This document shows positions 52,292 to 64,000 of a DNA stretch of 64,000 nt, in pieces. Every line of letters starts with the position of its first letter. The stretch's first letter is position 1. The notes under the pieces are model-generated. The model ran no database searches. It was not told where the DNA came from and was given only the letters and a program-made list of their open reading frames with translations. The position numbers and the translations under genes are program-made. Origin of the DNA: Octopus sinensis (Eukaryota); assembly GCF_006345805.1 (NCBI RefSeq), contig NC_042999.1, positions 108,438,001 to 108,502,000 on the forward strand, in the 5' to 3' direction.

Positions 52292-55200
52292 GTGAGTTGC
52301 GCAGGCAGAAATTAGTTGTTGTACATAGGGCACTTGAAATCTTTTGCTTACTGGGGAACCAACTTCATTCTGTGAAAGAAGGAGACAGAGCAACTCCTCA
52401 AAGTATTGCCAAATGATTTGGGCCCCTGTTCTATCTATCTTTATACTCTTTTCCTTTTGATAATTAGAGACACTATGTAAAGGAAGCAGTACATCAAATG
52501 ACTGTTCTTTTCAAACTAGGACATTTAAATGGTAAATTTTGGGAAAAGCACCCAAGTAATTGAATATGATGTTAAACCAGGTTGAACATTAGATCTATAA
52601 GTAACAAATATTATTTTAAGTGTGCAGACTGTTTATACTGGACCAATACTAGAAAGGTTGTTTTACAGAATCTAAAGCCTAATCTACTTCTGGTCATTTG
52701 CAATTTGGAGTTATCAAGGCTTTTCATTTTTTAACTATGGTTAAAGAAACTATATCCTCCCAAGGCTGGCTTTTCTTATAGTTGTTTGCATGCTTGAAAG
52801 GCTAACAGAAATAGACAGCTAGATAGGAAGAGAGATGAAAGTGAAAATTGAGAGTATAAATTAACAGGAAAAAGGCAACAGGTTTAAGCAGATTGCATAT
52901 GAACTGAGGAAGTAAATCTGTCAGTGAAAAATTTTATTAGTAGAAAAAATAAATGATACAAAGAGGTGGAAGTAGTTTGTAATCTAAGAGAAACCAAGAT
53001 TAAAATAAAGGTTGTAAACTAAGGTGTGGTTGTTGGTTGTGTGTTCCAAGTGGGGAGAGTGTGGATTATCAACATGTGTTTTGGTTAGTTAGATATTTTA
53101 ACTAAAAGAAAATAAAATATCTAACCATTAATCTTTAAAACGGTGAACAGATATGAAGCCAAAACAAAATTGAGTGAGGTGAAAAGGTTAGTAGGGTAGC
53201 AACAGAAGAGATGAATGACTACAGAGAATGGGTATAGATAAAGAGAAACCATCTGGACAGATAAACAGATAAAAAAAAAAAAAGACAGGACCCACCCCAT
53301 TTCAGTCCAAGTTATATGAATGCTTTCTGATGCTTGGATTAAAAGTAAAGAAAAGTGATTAAAAGATATTTTTGGAAGAGGCAAAAATTTGTATTGTTGC
53401 AGCAAAGGAGGATTAAGAGCTTACATGTGCATTGAACAAAGACAGTTTTTGTTCCTTGGTTGGACATCTTGCTTTAAATATCTTTGCATATGAATTGGTC
53501 CTAATTGGTATCAGTTTGAAATTCCTTCCAGGTATTGCAGGCTGTGCCTTATATTGGTAGAGCTGTAGAAATCGATAGCTGCAGCACAGTATGGAAATTT
53601 TTGACTTATGAAATTTAGTAATTTGTTGCATATAGAATCACATTCCTATTGTTTCTTTTGCTTATTTGGTTCACTTGCAGGCAAGAAAGGGATAGAATGT
53701 GCAGATAGTAATGTGTTACATACAGAAACACGTGCGTAAGAATATTGTTCCTGTTGCTTATTTGGCTCTCTCACAGACAAGGAAGAGAGAGAATAAACAG
53801 CATTTATTACTTTTAGAGTTATCATACAAGCTTGCAGTACCCTGTTGTGAGAAAATTTTCATGGAGACTAAGGTGGATTATGACCCTTAGTGGTGATGCC
53901 TTAAATTTGGGTGGTAGCTTCTTCATTTGGCAGATGTTACATTCTGATATGACTGCTTTAAAACATTTTGTAATTTCAAAAACACAGTATTTAAATATAC
54001 TTGATGCTGTTGCAAATATTTAGTTGTTCCTAAAATAAAATAAAATAATGCTCTATAAAACAACAAAATGAAATAACATTATTTCCCTCTATAATTACAA
54101 CAGCCACTTTCTAGAATTACTTTAAACAAAGATCAATTTAGTCAGTGTCTGCAGTGGTTTAACAATAAAATCTCTTTTGTTGTCCCCAATCAACCATTAT
54201 TTTCCTTCCTTTTTTCTTCATTATTTTTTCCACTTCCCCTTGCTGTAACAGCTCATTTGTCATCTCATCAACTTAATTCCTAACTCCTTACTTCCCTTTC
54301 ACACTAGACTTTCTATTTACAGGTTTCCCATTTTGTATATCTGACATTCTTTCACTACTGCTATTGCTTCCACTTTGCATAACTTTACATTCTAGTGTGG
54401 TTTCTCTTTCTATCTTTTCACTTCCTTCACTGTAAACCAATTGGCACTAACACAGTTTCCTATTTTAAATACTCACCTCTCTTAAGGAATTGCATGATGA
54501 CCTACTGTCTATGCTCAAAAGGAATTAAGTTATATGTCAGTCATTCTGCTATCTAAAAGAACCTTTGCTTAAATCCCACACAGAACAGGAAATTCCCTAC
54601 TTCCGTGTGTCTTCTATCTGGGTAACATTTAAGGCTGATTACTTATAATCTCTTCCACTATATTTTTTCTAATTTAAACAACTTTTAACTTCAGAGTTTA
54701 GCAGAAAATATCTTGTCGACTAACATGACACTGAAATTTCAGGTCATATCCTGATAGTTAAAATTGCTTTTGTTTACTTATATATGTATACCTATATTTT
54801 TGAAATATATTTTTCGCTTTGTACCTTCAAATTATAGTATTGATTTCTTATGAATAGACATCTTTCAAGGGAGGAGTTTTAGTCAAATTAATAACTCCCT
54901 TGGATATTACCAGAACTGATTTTATCAACTTTGAGGGGATAAAAGTCAAAGGTGATTAAATAATATAAGGCTATATGGTTTAGTGCACTATCATTTCGAT
55001 CAGCTTATGACCTTAATGGAAAGAGTAATATTGAAAACCAATATTTTTCAGCATCAATATTTACAAGTGTGCTATTTGTACTGATTGATTGATGTTATCA
55101 TATAATAATATACATTATTTTTAATACAAATAATATATCTAGTGATGTAAATGCTGTGTGATGCCCAGATATACAGCGCAGGATAGTTTCCAATTTAGAG

Positions 55201-55410
55201 ATTTTATTTGATATTGTCTTTTTTTATATAATTTCATTTACATCTCAGTGGCATTATAAAAATATAAGTTGACCCTAGTACTTGACTGGTATTTCATTTC
55301 ATCACCCCTGGGAGGATGAAAGTCAGACTTGATGTTTCAGAGATATTTGATCTCAGAACATAAAAGGGTTGTAACTGAATACCATTCTTGTTTGGTATAT
55401 TCTAAGGAAT

Positions 55411-55643
55411 AAGGTGGTGAGCTGTCAGAATCGTTAGTACACTGGATGAAATGCTTAGTGGTATTTCATCTGCCGCTACAGTCTGAGTTCAAATTCCGCT
55501 GAGGCCGACTTTGCCTTTCATCCTTTTGGGGTCAATTAAATAAGTACCAGTTATGCACTGGGGTGGACATAACCGACTTAATCCACTTGTCTGTCCTTGT
55601 TTGTCCCCTCTGTGTTTAGTCCCTTGTGGGTGGTAAAGAAATA
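55411..55643 (+). mobile_element. SINE family B with 17-bp TSD
   Basis: GGTATATTCTAAGGAAT at both 55394-55410 and 55644-55660. Confidence 0.9.
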
Positions 55644-56295
55644 GGTATATTCTAAGGAATCAGCTTTATAAAATTATGGTATTGAAGAGATTTTTTTTCC
55701 AGCTGTCTTTTACCATTTTTCTCATATAGAATACATTTCATGCAGGCATCTATTTTCCACTATTGATTTAAAAAAAAAAAAAGCATGTCATTCTGAACTA
55801 AAGGTGCCTTTTCATTGTATAAATCCTTGAAGCAGCTGGGTAATGTTATGTTGAGAAAAAAATTGACTTTAGAGCTTAACTTAAATGTATTTACATTTTA
55901 TCCTCTCAAGGGATTAATGTTGATAATGAATTAATTGTGAATATTTAATGAAGATGATATTTGGCAAGCAGCAATTATAGACTTAGGGCACCATAATTAA
56001 TATTAGAAGAACCAATTTAAGACTGAGAAAAAGAAACAAAACCTACTGACGGTACTCAAGGGTTATATCTATCACTTGATATGCAAACGGTTGAGTGATC
56101 AGTAATACAAGTACTAAGCAAGCAGTAGATACAGGATTTGAATTCTGTCTATAGGGTTGTTCTCTTTTTTATTTCATAAGTTTGCTTCAACTTTTTAATG
56201 GGCAAAGTTATCATTTTATCATTTTCTATTTGAAAATTATTAAACCTTTGATTATCAGTGGAACTACTAGCCTCAACATACCTATTACTCCTAAC

Positions 56296-56686
56296 AGTGG
56301 AGGCGCAATAGCCCAGTGGTTAGGGCAGCGGACTCGCGGTCATAGGATCGCGGTTTCGATTCCCAGACCGGGTGTTGTGAGTGTTTATTGAGCGAAACCA
56401 CCTAAAAGCTCCACGAGGCTCTGGCAGGGGATGGTGGTGATCCCTGCTGTACTCTTTCACCACAACTTTCTCTCACTCTTACTTCCTGTTTCTGTTGTAC
56501 CTGTATTTCAAGGGGCCGGCCTTGTCACTCTCTGTGTCATGCTGAATATCCCCGAGAACTACATTAAGGGTACACGTGTCTGTGGAGTGCTCAGCCACTT
56601 ACACGTTAATTTCACGAGCTGGCTGTTCCGTTGATTCGGATCAACCGGAACCCTCATCGTCGTAACTGACGGAGTGCTTCCATCCC
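56296..56686 (+). mobile_element. Young tRNA-derived SINE with TSD
   Basis: A box TAGCCCAGTGG, B box GTTTCGATTCCC and many retained CpGs; TSD ATTACTCCTAAC at 56284-95 and 56687-98. The 3' part is shared with about 32100-32305 and 4670-4860 (reverse). Confidence 0.85.
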
Positions 56687-57052
56687 ATTACTCCTAACTT
56701 ATAGAGGCACCATGACACCATCAGAGAAAATTGTATATCAATTTGGAAAGTAACATGTAGACATTTATTCATTAGTAGAAATAGCATATGAACATTATGA
56801 TTAAGTTACAAGTCAGAATGGATGTTCTTGCTTGTCACCATGTCAGCCCTGATCAACTGTAGTTCAGAGATAGCTAATTTTTTTTTTGCTTTAGGTTTGA
56901 CTTGTAGCATCATTAATAATGACCATAATGACAATTCATTATGGATAAAAACAGAAACACAGGAAAGCATTAGCATTAATAGTTTTTTCCATTTGTTACT
57001 TTGTGTGTGTTGTTCAGACTGTGGAGGGTTTGACGTATATATATGTATAGGC

Positions 57053-57355
57053 ACAGACATGGATGTGTGATAAAAAGCTTGCTTCCCAACCATATGGTTC
57101 TGGGTTCAGTCCCATTGCATGAGACCTTAGGCAAGTGTCTTCTACTATAGCCTAGATGGAAACTGAAAGAAGCCCATTATGTGTCTGTGTATGCCTCTGT
57201 GTTGGTGTTTGACTCCCCACCATTGCTTGACAACCAGTGTTGGTGTGTTTATGTTACTGTAACTTAACAGTTTGGTAAAAAAAATCTTCAAAGCAATGCC
57301 CCAGCATGGGCGCAGTCTAATGACTAAAACAAGTAAAAGATAAAAGATAGAAGAT
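57053..57355 (+). mobile_element. SINE family A, internally deleted
   Basis: Head, CORE-like block and tail match 2703-3090. Confidence 0.75.
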
Positions 57356-58977
57356 AGAGCCACATTATTGAATGTGACATATTTTATTACTTTTCAAGAG
57401 AGTAGGGTATGACAAGAGGGAAATTGACTGCTATTTCTAGCCACTCAAGCAGCCACATAGCATCTTCTATTGCTTTGAATTAGTTATGTTCAATTTTCAG
57501 TATGCAACATATCAATTATTTTTATTGAGTACAAGTGTTTTCAATGGATAAATAAAGATTTGTATGGTTTTGCTTTGGTGGATTGAGAACTTTCATTTTA
57601 TAAAATGTGGAATATGGACATTAAATGATGATGAGCATCGTCATCATTTAACATCCATTTTTCATGTTGATATGGGTTGGACAGTTTGATGGAATCTGGT
57701 GCGCCAGAGAGCCACATCAAGCTCAGATGTCAGCTTTGGCATGGTTTCAATGGCTGGATGCCTTTCCAAATGCCAACCACCTTACAGAGTGTGCTGGGTT
57801 AATTTGTTGTGCTCCATGACACCAGTGAGGTCAATATGTGCATGTGTGTGTGTGTATCTGTATAGATACCTGTACTCAATATACATTGAAAACACCTGTA
57901 CTCAATAAAAATAATTCATATGTTGCATACTAAAAATTGAACATACCTTAACCAACCCAAAGCAATACAAGATGTGGCTGCTTGAGTGGCTAGAAATAGC
58001 AGTCAATTTCCCTCTTGCCATACCCTACTAACTTCAAAAGTGATAAAATTTGTCACATTGAAGAATGTGGTTCTATCTTTTATCTCTTACTAATACTTTT
58101 GGCCAAGGCTGTATATATATATGTATGTACATAGGAAAATTTCACAGGAGTAAATTGATATTAAAAACAAAAATAGAAAATGCTTTGAGAACTTAATCAA
58201 GAGTAAAAGAAAGGAAATATTTACATTTTAATCATAATATTATAGAAGTTCCAACTGTTTATGACAATTTTGTCATGCAGTGCCTAAATAGTCTTAATTG
58301 AAGTGAAACCAATTGCATATTTTAATAAAAATGTAAATATTTTCCTCATTTTATATACAATAGTTCTCAAATTTTTCTTGTTTTGTTTTTAATATATAAG
58401 AATATGCTCTGCTGTACCTTGCAGTATGAACCAGGAGGGAAAAAAGCCATGAACTCATCACCAGATGATTTATTGGAAGTTATAGAAAGATTTTGTTGTC
58501 TGTGTTACCTAATTAGTTCAGAAATTATGATACCTCTTAGTATCTAACATACAAAGTGAGTTAACTTAGAACTGCTTCCCTTATTGATGACAAAAATATT
58601 TGTCTCCTTGTGCAAATAAATCCTTTTACAGTGTGTGTCAGAAGTGTTATGCCATTGAGCATAAAATGTGCAATACAAATATAGTGATTATAGAAAATGT
58701 GTGTCAGGAGATACAAATGAATTGAGAAAATAACCACATATCAAAAGCATTGACTAATTTATGTAAATAGCTGGTTGCACTGGTAAAAGTTATGTGATGC
58801 AAATGGATGATCTATGTTCCGTGACAGATTATCATGAAATAATAATCAAAACTTAGAAGCTAAAAGGCCAGAATGTACTGCAATGATGAGCTGATGCAAT
58901 GTCACTAAGTAGTACTTGATAGCATAAGAGAGTGGACATTATATTGATAAGTAGATAGTAAATATTTATTTTGCTAG

Positions 58978-59011
58978 GTTGGATTTGTTGCATTATTAAT
59001 GGTGGTCTTAT
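58978..59011 (+). CDS. Candidate 34-nt coding exon (VGFVALLMVVL)
   Basis: ATTTATTTTGCTAG|GTTGGA...GTCTTAT|GTAAGT; phase 0 to 1, hydrophobic. Confidence 0.5.
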
Positions 59012-59295
59012 GTAAGTCATTACGGATAAAAGCTAAACCGTAAGAAACTATAGCATGAACTAATCATTTTTATATTTATTACTTTCTTTTTGTTTTTGTT
59101 TTCCTTGTTTCAATATAATTTTAACTGAAGTTAATGGACAATTCAGTGTTAAAGGTTTTATATATTTCATTATATACATGTAAAACTTATAAGAGAATGA
59201 ACCGTCATTGACACGGTCATTTATGTGTGCGTTTATGTGCGTGTGTGTGGTAGGCAGGTGTTGGTGTGTGTATGCATTTATGTGTTTAAGTATAA

Positions 59296-59326
<31 letters not shown>

Positions 59327-59738
59327 GTTAATCCAAACAAGAAAACACAGAAAAAAAGAGAAAAAAAAGGGAAAAAACACAGCAACGCAGGACTTGGAAC
59401 AATTAAAGTATTATTGATGCTCAGGAAAGAAGGGAAGGAATATATATATATATATGCACTCATGCACACGTATATATGGATGGACAGATAGGCAAGCACT
59501 GGCATTATTGTGTAATTAAGAAGTTCATTTCAGAGTTATGTGGTAGTGCTGGCTGATGTCTTGTACTATGGCCATAGGCTAACCAATGGTCTGTGAGTGA
59601 ATTGGTGGACAGAGAGTGTAAGACCTGCCATGCATGTGTGTATGTGTATGTATGTTTGTTTTTATGTTCAGTTATAAAAACAATTTTGCATTAATCTGCT
59701 GATGGGTCACTCTATAATATTATTGAGTAAAATTTTAT

Positions 59739-59847
59739 TATTCTTCACCAAGAATGTTGTTGAGAGTGAATTCAAAGTTTCAGCCAGCTAAGTCTTTGTT
59801 GTTCAAAACTTCAAAGTCACTGTCAACAATATTATTGCTTAAGAATA
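59739..59847. mobile_element. Second copy of the fold-back MITE
   Basis: TTATTCTTCACCAAGAATGTTGTTGAGAGTGAATTCAAAGTTTCAGCC...GTCAACAATATT..AAGAATAA, homologous to 3643-3777. Confidence 0.6.
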
Positions 59848-60432
59848 ATATATATATATCACTATATCAACCAGACTATTAGATGTTGCTATGTCGTTGT
59901 ACACTGCTGGCCACAATGCACTTCCTCACATTGTTTTAGCTTTCAATTGATGCTACCCTACTAGCCTGGCAGGCCGAGCCATGTGTGTGTATGTGTCTGT
60001 GTATCTGTACACACACACACACACACACACACATGTATATGCATGCTGAATAAATAAAAAAAACATACCTGACTATTGATTTGTTAAGTGTTCAAAGAAC
60101 TAGAGAAAATATTATTTTGCTTCGAAGCAGGTGATAGCTGGTACCAGAAAGATCATCCAGACACTTTTTGACTGACCCATGCTAGCATTGAAAACTCAAT
60201 GTTAAAATAATGTTGACGATATATATATATGTGTGTGTATATCTATATGTATGTGTATGTATGTTCCTATATATAATATACACGTGTGTGTGTGTGTGTA
60301 TTCACATCTTTGAAAAATAAACCTTTTCGGGGAACGTTCCAATCAAAGTATACTTTCTATACTAATGTCTCAGTTTGTTTGACCCCTTTACCTTCATTTA
60401 TGGTTTATTTGCTTTTTCTTCACCCTAATCAG

Positions 60433-60451
60433 TGATATTAGTTCAAATTAT
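60433..60451 (+). CDS. Candidate 19-nt coding exon (LILVQI)
   Basis: TTGCTTTTTCTTCACCCTAATCAG|TGATATTAGTTCAAATTAT|GTAAGG; phase 1 to 2. Confidence 0.45.
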
Positions 60452-60547
60452 GTAAGGCTGCATGAACTTTCTTTCCCTATAATATAAACTCTTGTGGTTG
60501 TTAAAACAGTAAGGTGTATCATTTGTCAGTTCCCTCCCTACCTTCAG

Positions 60548-60617
60548 TCCAATTTTACTGTTTTTATGTACCGAAACACATTCATGTCCTTTGGTGAAAG
60601 AAAAACATCGTATTTAG
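60548..60617 (+). CDS. Candidate last coding exon (IPILLFLCTETHSCPLVKEKHRI*)
   Basis: Acceptor GTTCCCTCCCTACCTTCAG follows a 96-bp intron; stop TAG at 60615-17. A weaker donor at 60568 could make it an internal exon instead. Confidence 0.35.
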
Positions 60618-61350
60618 ATCTAGCTTCTGTTTTTATAATGGCATGGCATGATGTAGAAAATAGCAGCTGGGGTGGATTTATGCAGAGTAATAGGGTGGTA
60701 ATGAAACTTCTCTTATCATTTATCTGACAAGTAAAGCAAAGCAACAAATAGCCTGGTGGATCATGAGACACACACGCATACATGCACACACACACACACA
60801 CACATATACAAACACACTCACGCACTCTCTCTCTTTTCTTCTCTTTTTTCTTTTCACTGTTCTTTTTCCATTTCTCTTACCCCTTCTCTTTTTCTTTCTG
60901 TCCCTCTCCCCCTCCCCTTATGTGTGTGTGTGTATGTGTGTGTGTATTATCATCACCATCACTTATTGTCCATGCTCCAGGCTGGCATGGTTTCGATGGT
61001 TTGACCAGTCGAAATAGGTTCAAAGTCTGCAGTGTACTCCAGTGTCTGCTTTGGCATGGTTCTGTTATGATTGGATGTCCTTCCTGTCATCAACCACTTT
61101 ACAGCATATGTGTATGTATACGCACACAGACGCACATACGCACACAGACGCACATACGCACACCCGCAAACTGAAATGCTGCCTTCTGACTTCTAATCTA
61201 GCTCCTGCAGAAAGCTGTTGGGCCACCTTCAGCTTCAGTTAAGTACATGCAATTGGAGAATCTATAAGGAAAGACACGAGATAATATCTATAATTCTTTA
61301 TTTGCATAAATATATTTAACAAGCAATAATCTGTCATGTTCAAACATTAT

Positions 61351-61395
<45 letters not shown>

Positions 61396-62189
61396 TAGTT
61401 GTTGAGGATGCCATGGGACCTTTCTCAAGAAATATTCTTTTGCTTGTCTTAATCCCAGTTCAGTATTAAGGAAAATGTTCTTTCCAGAATTCAGGGATAT
61501 CTTAGGACCCTTTAGAATGTTGGTGTTGTCTGCAGCTAAAACGTTGCCCCTTGTTGTTCATACTAGGCCAAACATTTGCTTGGTTCCAGTAAAGACTTTC
61601 TGAAGTTATGGACATTTGCATAGTTTTGAAACTTTATTGCTTTCTCTTGCTGTCAGTTCTGTATTTCTCTTAGTGAGTTTGAAACTGGTGCTTCAATTTT
61701 TAATAATAAGTTTTTTTAAGTCTAGATTTGAATGATCTTTCATTCTATGTGGATTCTTTCAATCCACATGTATACTTTTCTCCTTACACTTGTCTTTGGT
61801 ACCTTTTGAACTTCCTCTCAATGATCTAGATGTAGATATTAAATGGACTCTTTAACATAACTAGCTTTTGATTCCATCAACTTAACAACATCCAATGCAT
61901 TTCACATCTTCAAAAAAAATTGAAAGGATAAAAATGTTGCTTTCTCTCACACACACACACATCACAAATTTCAGCGATCAGTCAACAGCTTCACAAGTAC
62001 ATATAATCACTTTGGCCTGAAGACCAATCTCCCAGATTTCTACCTACATCGCCATCTCTTATATATATATATCTTTGTAGCAAGTTGATTACTTACCTTA
62101 TCTTGAAAGTCTTCTTGCCAACAAAGCTATTTCTGAAATAGTTGGTTGCTGATTACTGAAATACAAAACTAGATCAAAATTTAGGAACT

Positions 62190-62800
62190 AGTTAAATGAA
62201 TCTGTAAGAAGAAAGATCTAAATCAAAGATTGAAGCTGATGGTTTATCAAGCTGTCATCATCTCAACATTACAGTTGTGAAACTTGGACACTGTAACATC
62301 AGAACATCAAAAAGCTGGAGCATTTTCTGTTAACAAAAGCTCTGCATAACCAACAATGTTGTCTTTGAAAAAACTAATAGTCAAAACATAGAATCCATCA
62401 CAAAACATTGGCTACAATGGTAAACACGTGGTTAAGATAAAAGATTTCCTTGTCAAATATTTTTCAGTGCATTAACTTCCCAGAAATGATGAGGATTTCC
62501 TCTCCACCATTACAAAGAGGAACTAAAGTTAACCCTGGACATGGTTGGAACTGCAAGAAATAAGGGAAAACTGAAGTGCAAAACTGTTCCAAGTGGTGTT
62601 ATTGCATCTCCATGAGAACCAATCTTAAAGTGAAAAGAAACTGAGTTGAAGGAAAATGTCAAGAATAAGGACATCCAGCTGTAGAAACTCTGCCAGATCA
62701 AAATTGGAGCCTGGTGCAACCATCTGGTTTGCCAGTCCTCAGTCAAATCGTCCAACCCATGCTAGTATGGAAAGCGGGTGTTAAACAATGATGATGATGA
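62190..62800 (+). mobile_element. Decayed RTE LINE 3' fragment followed by a family D tail
   Basis: DLNQRLKLMVYQAVIISTLQ..ETWTL*HQNIKKLEHF..HYKEELKL, then AAGGACATCCAGCTGTAGAAAC...(GAT)n. Confidence 0.6.
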
Positions 62801-64000
62801 CACAATGCAATGTCAGCTACTTCACCACCAATGCTTCCTTGCCATCTTTGTTTCTGTCTGTTTCACACCTGGCTTAGCCTTCCTAGGTATAATCTCCATC
62901 AACATAGAAGAACCACTCAATCTGGAGGAAATTGATATTTTTGAATACAAGAATCTATGAACAATGTGTGTGTGCATGCACATGTGTGCATGTGTACACG
63001 TGTGTGTAAATTTTTTGTATATACACTTGTGATGGAGACAAAAATTGTGCTTATTATTTTTCAAGCTGAAAAAAAAAATATATCTGATGAAATCTATATT
63101 TTACAATATTCAGGTAATGAGGTGTAACTATGACTATTATAGTCTTTCCTTTCCATTTAATACTTTTCATATTTAATTTGATATATTAGCCCTGAGTCTG
63201 ACAGCTTGATGTAAATAGGTTTACAGAAATGTATTCATGCAGCTTGTTTTAAATGTACAAAAAAAAAATTTGTTTTATTTCTTTTATATTAAAAGTTGTT
63301 TTGGTTTTTAATCTATTATTTAAGAGCTTTCATGACATATTTTCCTGAATATATATATTTTTTATTACAAATGAGTTGTAAACTAATTTGTATTGACATC
63401 ACAAAAATTGTTTCTAGTTGCAACAGGATAGAGACTATAAGGAATAGAGATATTACTATAAATGTCCTTTAAACTAGTAATAATCCAACTGAAGATTAGT
63501 TTTGGAAATTATGTAGCAGGTGTACAATGAAATTTCTGTAGTTGTAATGACTTTATTTTTGCTATGTCTCATATTTTCCAACTGAAATTAATTAACTGAA
63601 GAATTCTTAACTTAAACAGTTTGCTTTATTATTTATTTTTTCCCAAACATTCAGGTTGAAATTTATTTACTTGCTCAGTTAAAAATTAGTCTTTTCATAA
63701 TATTTTCGGATTAATTTTTTTTTTTTTGATGCAGTACAAGGCCTGTTTTTGTTAGATAGTTTATTCATGTGACACCACTAGATTACTAGCTTTGTGACCA
63801 TGACTGAACAAAAAAGACAAAAGCTATGGTAGAATTTTAGCATCATGCAGTTTGCTTTTATTTTAATTTTTTTTTTTATGAAAGCATTGCTATCTCTTCA
63901 GAAAAATTACACAAATAAATAACATCTTCATCATCATAAATGTTGCTGTTACACAACACTTGATTATCCACTAAAGGATGAGAAAAGTGTTAAACCTACC

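Noticed and set aside
56296-56365. tRNA-like sequence with A and B boxes
   Set aside because: It is the head of a TSD-flanked SINE, not a tRNA gene.

Overview
AT-rich eukaryotic genomic DNA. The SINE, LINE and MITE repertoire looks like an octopod cephalopod (Octopus), which is an inference from repeat sequences I recognise rather than a database result. No ORF in the supplied track is a convincing host CDS: they are microsatellite or SINE artefacts, or pieces of decayed transposons. Mobile DNA includes a full-length DD34D mariner with TIRs (26640-27951), a deleted mariner, several RTE LINE fragments, an R4/Dong-type LINE 3' end beside (TAA)n, a probable Academ transposase remnant, piggyBac-type and fold-back MITEs, Penelope-like ends with decayed hammerhead motifs, and many tRNA-derived SINEs, some with clear TSDs. 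A CpG-retaining zone at about 13.7-18.2 kb looks like a promoter region, possibly bidirectional. To its right I can chain very small plus-strand exon candidates (7-50 nt, canonical AG/GT, phase-compatible) into a short unidentified membrane-type peptide, and one 19-nt exon candidate is duplicated. This gene model is tentative because AT-rich DNA yields many chance splice signals. The most unusual directly visible structures are an 85-bp direct duplication flanking a TIR element that carries telomere-like repeats, and the duplicated 19-nt exon cassette whose breakpoint lies in a perfect hairpin.
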